Positions 56,956 through 64,000 of a stretch of 64,000 nucleotides of DNA are shown piece after piece. This DNA is from an uncultured Candidatus Saccharibacteria bacterium (GTDB lineage: Bacteria; Patescibacteriota; UBA1384; DTJR01). Numbering within the stretch: position 1 is the stretch's first letter; each line of letters begins with the position of its first letter. The position numbers were made by a program, and so were the translations under genes. The DNA lies in contig CAZAOT010000002.1 in assembly GCA_964487045.1 (NCBI GenBank), positions 123,740-187,739 on the forward strand, given 5' to 3'. Below the pieces are notes generated by a model. The model was not told the origin of the DNA, searched no databases, and worked only from the letters and a program-made list of their open reading frames with translations.

Positions 56956-59724
56956 ATGAAACTAGGCGGCATTGTAAACCTTAGGAATTCTCGAAAGCTG
57001 CGACTGCCCAAAACCAAAGAAGAGAAAAAAATATTTAAAAAGAAGTTGTTAAACTTCTTTCTTGGATTTGTTGGCTTCATCGTTCTACTATTCCTTTGGT
57101 ATGCTAAGGATATTCCCACACCAGCAAAGCTCGCTAAGCTTCACGCTTCAGAAAGTACAAGGATACTCGCTAAAAATGGAGATGTCTTGTACGAAACGGG
57201 TAACGAAAGAAGAACCATTCTCGACAAAAAGGATATTCCAGACAACATCAGGCAAGCAACTGTAGCGGTCGAAGATGCAAACTTTTATAAGCATGGTGGT
57301 GTTGACTTTAAAGGGCTAGCCAGAGCTATCGGTAAGGACATTTTCTCTTTAAGGCTGGCTCAAGGTGGATCTACTATTACACAGCAGTTTGTAAAAAATG
57401 CAGTACTAACAAACCAAAAATCTATTTCTAGAAAAATTAAAGAATTAATCATCTCTCTTGAAATTGAACAAATATATTCAAAAGACGAAATACTAAATTT
57501 ATACCTCAACGAAATTCCATACGGCGGAAATATTTATGGAGTGGAAGAAGCTAGTAATACATTTTATGGAAAATCTGCCAAGGATTTGAGTTTATCAGAA
57601 GCAGCGACCCTAGCTGCGATTCCTCAGGCACCGACTTACTATTCACCATACGGAAGTCATACGGACAAGCTTTTTGTCAGAAAAGCTCTTGTTCTAGACA
57701 AGATGGCTAAGCAGGGATATATCACCCAGGAACAAGCCGATAAGGCAAAAACAGAGTCACCATCTAAAGAGCGTCCCGAATTTAAACCAAGACGAGAATC
57801 AATTAAAGCTCCTCATTTCGTAATGTACATCAAGGAAAAGCTCGTCGAACAGTACGGGGAAAAAATGATTGATAGCGGCGGATTAACTGTTACCACGACC
57901 TTGGACCCAGACAAGCAGAAATATGCCGAAGAGGCTATCAAAAATGGAGAGGCAAAATTTAGCAGATACGGAGCAACGAATGCCGCCATGGTATCGCTTG
58001 ATATCAAAACAGGAGAAATAGTCTCAATGGTAGGCGGCAAAGATTTCTTTGATCTTGAGCACGATGGAAATGTAAACGTAACAGATTCTCTTCGTCAACC
58101 AGGGTCATCATTTAAGCCAATTGTTTATGCTACTGGATTTAAACAATCAAGATTCTCGCCCGCATCAAATATTTTTGACCTGAAGACTGACTTTGGTGGT
58201 TACTCACCAAACAACTACGATGGAAGCACTCATGGTCCAGTTACTATTAGAACTGCACTATCAAACTCACTTAATATTCCTGCTGTTAAGATGCTTGGTT
58301 TAGTTGGTGTGCCCGAGGCACTCAAGACTGCAAAGGACCTGGGCATAACAACTCTAACAACACCGGAAAGATATGGGCTAGCACTAGTCTTGGGAGGCGG
58401 AGAAGTAAAGCCAATTGAGATGGCTGGGGCTTTCGCAGCCTTTGGAAATTCCGGTGAATTCCATAAGCCGGTGGGTATTTTAAAAATTGAAGATCATAAA
58501 AAGAAAGTTTTATATGAGTATAAGCAAGAAACCAATAAATTTCAGGCTATTGACCCACAAATAGCCTATCAGATCACAGACATACTGGATGATGACAATG
58601 CTAGATGCATGGTTTTCGGCTGTCAGAACGCCCTAAACTTCGGAGATACACATGTTGCAGCAAAAACTGGTACAACCCAGGAATTTCATGACGCCTGGAC
58701 CGTTGGGTATACCCCGAAATATTCGGCTGCAGTATGGGTTGGCAACAATGACAACACCAAGATGAAGTCGGGTGCTGATGGATCGGTAGTGGCAGCACCG
58801 ATTTTCCATGACTATATGGTCAAGATCGCAGATGATTCAGAGTTTACAAGACCGGCAGGAATTCAAGAAGTAACTGTGGAAAAATTTTCAGGTAAGCTTC
58901 CAACTGGATATTCAAAGGAAACCATAAAAGATATATTTGCTTCATGGCAGGTTCCGACCGAAAAAGACAACATTAATTCTGTATTTAAAGTAAATAAAAT
59001 AAATAATAAAATTGCTACAGATAATACACCAGCAGAATTAATAGAGGAAAAAGTTTTTTCAAATCTACACAACGAGTGGGGTGATGCTTGGAAGAAATAT
59101 CCCAACTGGGAAAGCCCGGTAAGAGCCTGGGCTGAGAGCAATGGATACTTACTTCCCCCATCCGAGAAAGATGATAGCTACTCAAGCCTTCCGACTATTT
59201 CAATATCTTCACCGTCAAATGGTCAAACAATTAGCGGCACAACTAGTGTCTCGGTGAGCACAAAATCAGGACAAAACATATCTTCTGTCACCTATTATCT
59301 TGAAAATACTGAGATTGGTTCGTCATCAAGCTCACCTTATTCAATCGTTTTTGACTCAAATAAATACGCAAATGGTAGCTATAGCTTGTCGGCTGTGCTT
59401 AAGGATTCAAACGGGGTTAGCGCAAGATCAAGCATTAGCGTTAGTATCAACAACGCCTCTCCATTAGTCTCGGGAATTAGCGTATCCGCCATAACCGCAA
59501 ATAGTGCTAAGTTTGAGTTCGACACAAATGTCGCTACCGATTCAATTATCTATTACGGAACCAGCCAAAATAATTTATTATTGTCAAAGGCATCGGGGAT
59601 TGCAACTAAAATACATTCAGCCGTTCTCACTGGTTTGAGCGCAGGAACAAAATATTACTATCGCATCGACGCAACCGCATCAGGAAAAACAGGATCCTCA
59701 TCAGGAACCTTTACAACGAACTAA
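56956..59724 (+). CDS. Class A penicillin-binding protein with C-terminal Ig-like/FN3-like domains
   Basis: Transglycosylase EDANFY.H.G and GGSTITQQ. Transpeptidase SSFK, SLN and KTGT. S/T-rich beta-sandwich tail. Confidence 0.95.
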   Translation: MKLGGIVNLRNSRKLRLPKTKEEKKIFKKKLLNFFLGFVGFIVLLFLWYAKDIPTPAKLAKLHASESTRILAKNGDVLYETGNERRTILDKKDIPDNIRQATVAVEDANFYKHGGVDFKGLARAIGKDIFSLRLAQGGSTITQQFVKNAVLTNQKSISRKIKELIISLEIEQIYSKDEILNLYLNEIPYGGNIYGVEEASNTFYGKSAKDLSLSEAATLAAIPQAPTYYSPYGSHTDKLFVRKALVLDKMAKQGYITQEQADKAKTESPSKERPEFKPRRESIKAPHFVMYIKEKLVEQYGEKMIDSGGLTVTTTLDPDKQKYAEEAIKNGEAKFSRYGATNAAMVSLDIKTGEIVSMVGGKDFFDLEHDGNVNVTDSLRQPGSSFKPIVYATGFKQSRFSPASNIFDLKTDFGGYSPNNYDGSTHGPVTIRTALSNSLNIPAVKMLGLVGVPEALKTAKDLGITTLTTPERYGLALVLGGGEVKPIEMAGAFAAFGNSGEFHKPVGILKIEDHKKKVLYEYKQETNKFQAIDPQIAYQITDILDDDNARCMVFGCQNALNFGDTHVAAKTGTTQEFHDAWTVGYTPKYSAAVWVGNNDNTKMKSGADGSVVAAPIFHDYMVKIADDSEFTRPAGIQEVTVEKFSGKLPTGYSKETIKDIFASWQVPTEKDNINSVFKVNKINNKIATDNTPAELIEEKVFSNLHNEWGDAWKKYPNWESPVRAWAESNGYLLPPSEKDDSYSSLPTISISSPSNGQTISGTTSVSVSTKSGQNISSVTYYLENTEIGSSSSSPYSIVFDSNKYANGSYSLSAVLKDSNGVSARSSISVSINNASPLVSGISVSAITANSAKFEFDTNVATDSIIYYGTSQNNLLLSKASGIATKIHSAVLTGLSAGTKYYYRIDATASGKTGSSSGTFTTN

Positions 59725-60995
59725 TTAGCTAGATCTGAGATAGAGTGGTATTTATATTGAGCCGTAAAACCGGCTTTTTCTGCTATTTTAATTATTTTCT
59801 TTGCATCAGTTGTTAAGTGAAGATTTCCCGCCAGATCTAACTCGCCAATATATAACTTATTCCCATCGAGTGGTTTTGATCTTGCTGAACTTACAATTGC
59901 TAGCGCAACTGCTGAGTCAGCGAGCGTTGATTTTAACTTGTAGCCTTCCGATATATTAAGAAATAAATCGCTTGAACTAAGATCAATTTTTAAATGCTTT
60001 GAAATTACTGCTGCGATCATATGTAGTCTATTTAAATCATAACCAACAGCGTTTCTCCTAGGAATCATTGAGTTAGTTTTTTGAACTAGTGCCTGAACCT
60101 CTAAAAATATAACTCTGCTTCCTTCGATAACCGCTGTTCGGCTTACTCCCTCAGGAAGAACGCTCCCGGGCTTGAGTCGGCCAAAGTTCGGCTCAGGCCT
60201 CAGTCCGCTTGAGGTCATTTCAAATATCCCAATTTCATCTGTAGAGCCAAACCTATTCTTGGCCGCTCTTAGAAACCTCTCTTGACCGGTCTGAGAGCCT
60301 TCTAGATAAAAGACACCGTCAACAAGATGCTCTAAGGTCTTTGGTCCGGCAACCTCGCCATCCTTGGTCACATGGCCTATCATGATCATTGCCGCTGAAT
60401 TCTTCTTGGCATATTCGATAAGTTTTAGAGCACATGAACGGACCTGAACAATGTTACCAGCAGAACCGGCGACATTTGGATCAAATACAGTTTGAATCGA
60501 ATCCACAACAACAAGCTTAGGCTGTAGACTAATAAGTGATGCGATCAAGTTATCAACATTTCTATCATCAAAAATTGCAATATTCTTGGTTATCGAAGCA
60601 AGGCGATCGGCTCGTAACTTAATTTGCTCTGGAGATTCTTCTCCCGCAATATAAGCCACCTGATCCTTTATCTTTGAAGCAATTTGCCAAACAAGTGTCG
60701 ACTTGCCAATCCCTGGGTGACCGCCAAAGAGCAAGACCGAGCCCTTGACTAAGCCTCCGCCCAGTACCAGATCGATCTCCTCCATACCAGTTATAATTCT
60801 TTCCTTCTTGGTAGTTTTTAAATCACTAAGTATAATCGGCTCAATTTTTTTAGCAGATCTAGATTCTGGTGGTCTGTCACTCATTTCCTTAAGGGTATTC
60901 CAAGCATTGCAGTAATTACATTTACCACTCCAGTTCAGATGCTCTCCACCACACTCCGAACAAATCCAAATTGTTTTAGGCGCTTTCTTTTGCAT
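59721..60995 (-). CDS. radA: DNA repair protein RadA/Sms
   Basis: C4 zinc finger, PGIGKSTL, DSIQT, GHVTK.G..AGP..LEH.VD and KNRFG motifs. Confidence 0.97.
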   Translation of the reverse strand: MQKKAPKTIWICSECGGEHLNWSGKCNYCNAWNTLKEMSDRPPESRSAKKIEPIILSDLKTTKKERIITGMEEIDLVLGGGLVKGSVLLFGGHPGIGKSTLVWQIASKIKDQVAYIAGEESPEQIKLRADRLASITKNIAIFDDRNVDNLIASLISLQPKLVVVDSIQTVFDPNVAGSAGNIVQVRSCALKLIEYAKKNSAAMIMIGHVTKDGEVAGPKTLEHLVDGVFYLEGSQTGQERFLRAAKNRFGSTDEIGIFEMTSSGLRPEPNFGRLKPGSVLPEGVSRTAVIEGSRVIFLEVQALVQKTNSMIPRRNAVGYDLNRLHMIAAVISKHLKIDLSSSDLFLNISEGYKLKSTLADSAVALAIVSSARSKPLDGNKLYIGELDLAGNLHLTTDAKKIIKIAEKAGFTAQYKYHSISDLAN

Positions 60996-62610
60996 CCTCT
61001 AGAAATAAATCTACCTTTCTTGATCCCCTGAATTCATTAATACCAGCAGTAAAAGCAATGTCAAACTTTCGCCCCCTTTTAAGTCCGTAGTTCTTTTTTT
61101 CAAAAGAAAAGACCAGAAAACAACCTTCTCTTCCCCCGCAATCGAAATATACCTTTTGATGCGAATGGTCGCGACCGATAGTTTCTATTTGACTAATTGC
61201 TACTTTTTCAAGTGCCAAAACTGGTTTTGTATTACCTGGACCAAATGGTGATAGCTTTTCTAATTTCTCAATATTTTTTATAGTTAGATCTTCATGTTTA
61301 ATAAGTGCATCAATTACTAATTCCCGAGCAAATAAGTTTTTATTAATTTTGCTCGAAGCATCAGCAATTTTTTTCATAAACAATTTTAATTGGCTCTTCT
61401 CTAGCGAGAGACCTGCTGCCTGGCTATGTCCTCCAAACGAAATTAATATTTCCTCGGACGAAGCTAACATGTCTGTTATATTTACTCCTTGAATTGATCT
61501 TGCAGAACCTTTGAGAAATTCTCCGCTACTCGATAAAACTATGCTGGGACGATAATATTTATCTGTTATTTTAGATGCAATTAGTCCAACAATTCCTTCG
61601 TCCCAATCACCTGTTATCACGATAATATTTTGGCTGCCTAACTGATGGGATTCAACATATTTAATCGCCTCATCTACACTCTTTGACAACATATCCTGTC
61701 TTAGCGAATTATATTTATCTAGTTTTTTTGCTAAAGCTGCAGCCTGATTTGAGTCATTAGTTACCAACAACTCATAACTATCGCGGGGGTGTGCGATCCT
61801 TCCGGCTGCATTCAATCTTGGTGCAATAGCGAATCCCAAATCATATGTCGTCAATGGCTTACTGCCGAGAGAACTAATTTCAAGAATATTTTTAAGTCCG
61901 ATGTTTTTCGTCTTTGCTAAAACCTGCATTCCATATTTAACTAAAATACGGTTATCGTGATTGAGTGGAACAATATCCGCAACAGATGATATTGCCGCAA
62001 GATCTATAAGCCATTTCTCTTGGCCAGATTCCCCGAGAAGCTCACGAGCCACCATATACGCCGTTCCCCCACCAGAGAGCTCAAGGGATGATAAGTCAGA
62101 CGTTATATCAGGATGAACAATCGCATAAGCCTCAGGTAATTCATCAGGTAGTTGGTGATGATCAACAATTATTGTTTCTATTCCAGCATCTTTTAGCATT
62201 AATATTTCTCTATGGCTTTTTATTCCACAATCAAGAGTAATAACTAAATCAACTTTCTCAGAAATAAAGTATTTTATTGCCTCTTGATTTAATGAATAGC
62301 CCTCTTTTCTCTCAGGGACATAAGTTAATGCTTGTCCACCAAAAAGTGAAATAGCTCGATAGATAATTGCCCCAGAACAAACTCCGTCCGCGTCATAATC
62401 ACAAAAAATTCCAATTTTAAGCTTTTTCTCTACAGCCCTCTTTATCCTTAACACAGCTTTATCAATATTCTTTAATTTTTTGGTTGAAACCAAATTTCGA
62501 TAATCAATATTTAAAAATTCATCTAGCTTGGTAATTGATCTATTTTTTACAATCGCTTTAAGAATATCTTCCGGATATTTAGAAAGATATTTCCACTTTG
62601 AGTACCTCAT
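60976..62610 (-). CDS. recJ: ssDNA exonuclease RecJ
   Basis: DYDADG, DCG, DHH, PRLNAAGR, GSARS, GGH..AAG and PFGPGN motifs. Confidence 0.97.
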   Translation of the reverse strand: MRYSKWKYLSKYPEDILKAIVKNRSITKLDEFLNIDYRNLVSTKKLKNIDKAVLRIKRAVEKKLKIGIFCDYDADGVCSGAIIYRAISLFGGQALTYVPERKEGYSLNQEAIKYFISEKVDLVITLDCGIKSHREILMLKDAGIETIIVDHHQLPDELPEAYAIVHPDITSDLSSLELSGGGTAYMVARELLGESGQEKWLIDLAAISSVADIVPLNHDNRILVKYGMQVLAKTKNIGLKNILEISSLGSKPLTTYDLGFAIAPRLNAAGRIAHPRDSYELLVTNDSNQAAALAKKLDKYNSLRQDMLSKSVDEAIKYVESHQLGSQNIIVITGDWDEGIVGLIASKITDKYYRPSIVLSSSGEFLKGSARSIQGVNITDMLASSEEILISFGGHSQAAGLSLEKSQLKLFMKKIADASSKINKNLFARELVIDALIKHEDLTIKNIEKLEKLSPFGPGNTKPVLALEKVAISQIETIGRDHSHQKVYFDCGGREGCFLVFSFEKKNYGLKRGRKFDIAFTAGINEFRGSRKVDLFLEDAKESA

Positions 62611-63383
62611 TTCAAATACGCCAATCCTTCTACTCTTACATCAACATATTCATGAATATCGGCTTTATTCTTATCAACTACCTGCTTTACTGCACTCACC
62701 TGATTATTGATTGAATAAGAGCTGTCAGCAATAATCGACCATCCTTCGCTAGTAATAAAGGTAATTTTAAAGGTCGTTTCCTCCATCTTAGCGCTGGTCA
62801 CTTTTATCCCTGCCTTATCGAGCTCTTCAATAATTTTTAGAAAAAAGTAGATAAAGGATTCCGAAGCAACCCGATCTCCTTCTTTAATAACTTGATTCTT
62901 GTCATCGTTAAGCACAATTTTGCTAGACGGCCTTGCGATTGTTTGATATGCATAGCCCTGGTTATCAACCTCATAGCAATTTTCAATATTACACCAAATC
63001 ATTGTTTGATCACGCTCTATTACAGATAACTTTACAGTCCTAGGAATCCCTCGGATGATAGTTACTTCACTTAAAACTGGATATTCTTTTTGCAGTGTTC
63101 TTAAAAATTTGCCTGTTCTAAGAAATAAAATATTTCTACCCATCAATTCTCGCTTCATATAGTCGGAAATCTCGACAGACTTTACTCCTTCAATGTTAAC
63201 TTGAGAAATTTTGAATATTGACGAAAAAAATACGCCATAAATAATAAACGCTAAAACTGCTGCATAAAAAAGTCCTTTTAGTGGTTTTAGATTAAACCTG
63301 ACTTTTTCTTTTGTTTTATGCGTCTTATTGATTATTTCAGGACGCCTAAAATTAAACCTCTCCTTATGCTGCATCATTGCCAA
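62607..63383 (-). CDS. FtsQ/DivIB-like cell division protein
   Basis: TM, then a POTRA-like region (IF.I..V.I.G), ending EYVDVR. Directly downstream of murB. Confidence 0.85.
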   Translation of the reverse strand: MAMMQHKERFNFRRPEIINKTHKTKEKVRFNLKPLKGLFYAAVLAFIIYGVFFSSIFKISQVNIEGVKSVEISDYMKRELMGRNILFLRTGKFLRTLQKEYPVLSEVTIIRGIPRTVKLSVIERDQTMIWCNIENCYEVDNQGYAYQTIARPSSKIVLNDDKNQVIKEGDRVASESFIYFFLKIIEELDKAGIKVTSAKMEETTFKITFITSEGWSIIADSSYSINNQVSAVKQVVDKNKADIHEYVDVRVEGLAYLK

Positions 63384-64000
63384 TCGCCTAAATACTCTAT
63401 TTCTTCTTCTAGGGCTACTGAATATTTATCAATCACTAGCTTCCTCATCTGCTCAATCAATTTCCGTGCGTCTGATGAAGTAGATCCACCTTCGTTTATT
63501 ATCCAATTAGCATGCTTCTTAGAAACATGCACACCGCCAAGTTTGAGTTTTTTAGCTCCTGAGCTATCCAGCAAAAATCCTGCGGTTCGCTCTTTCTGGT
63601 CATCATTTTTATCTCGCCCAGTAAGATTTCTAAATACACTGCCAGTAGTTTTTTGACCAATCGGCTGATTTTGCTCTCTCCACTTTTTATATTTAGCGAT
63701 TTCCGAAGAAATATCTTCTGGTTTTTTCTTTTGAAATTGAAAAATTGCGCTTAAGACTATTGGAGGAAATTCATCTTTCTTATATTTCAATTTACTTGTT
63801 CGATATCCGAATTCGAACCACTCAGGCTGAACACTAACGATCTTATCTGTCGAAATCATTAATGTTGCCGATTTTAAGCAACTAGAAATTGATGCGCCAT
63901 GAGCACCAGCATTTACGCAGAGGGCACCACCGACAGTTCCAGGAATTCCAAACATAGGCTCTAACGCACTAAGGCCGTGCGAAGCAGCTTCTAAAATCAT
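63374..64000 (-). CDS. murB: UDP-N-acetylenolpyruvoylglucosamine reductase (5' part outside the window)
   Basis: GIPGTVGGA..NAGA, F.YRTS, GSVFRN, S.KHAN..IN and LEEEI motifs. Confidence 0.96.
   Translation of the reverse strand: MILEAASHGLSALEPMFGIPGTVGGALCVNAGAHGASISSCLKSATLMISTDKIVSVQPEWFEFGYRTSKLKYKKDEFPPIVLSAIFQFQKKKPEDISSEIAKYKKWREQNQPIGQKTTGSVFRNLTGRDKNDDQKERTAGFLLDSSGAKKLKLGGVHVSKKHANWIINEGGSTSSDARKLIEQMRKLVIDKYSVALEEEIEYLGDWQ

Noticed and set aside
1-64000. Alternative genetic code (UGA read as Gly, as in Gracilibacteria/Absconditabacteria)
   Set aside because: Long conserved genes are intact under code 11, and TGA ends genes such as ileS, recJ-adjacent ftsQ-like and rarA.

Overview
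The window looks like chromosomal DNA of a Patescibacteria (CPR) bacterium, using genetic code 11. The lineage is inferred from the gene repertoire and compact layout, not from a search. Housekeeping genes dominate: ftsZ, ftsA, ftsQ-like, murB, rodA, a class A PBP, topA, dprA, recR, recJ, radA, rarA, xth, cysS, ileS, argS, tyrS, mnmA, rplK, nusG, secE, rpmG, rpmB and rpsU, plus five tRNAs and a compact 6S RNA. Accessory content falls into five groups. (1) An NrdR-box-controlled B12-dependent dNTP module: nrdR, nrdJ, cobO, a DM13 lipoprotein, a DUF6580-like transporter and trxA. (2) Two adjacent secreted proteins with Cys-bridged PKD-like repeats and a shared unrecognised C-terminal domain. (3) An AT-rich glycan island around tRNA-Pro with a WbpB/E/D-type pathway. 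(4) GC-rich single-gene units with their own promoters and/or terminators. (5) Many non-coding structured elements: a standalone ~240-nt candidate ncRNA, a tandem covarying leader motif, several dispersed hairpin/MITE families (one inserted in frame in cysS), and a minimal GIY-YIG gene bounded by inverted repeats. I also found an unannotated 30-aa Cys-rich microprotein and several apparently leaderless genes. No CRISPR array, integrase, transposase, reverse transcriptase or rRNA was seen. All family calls come from motif recognition by eye.
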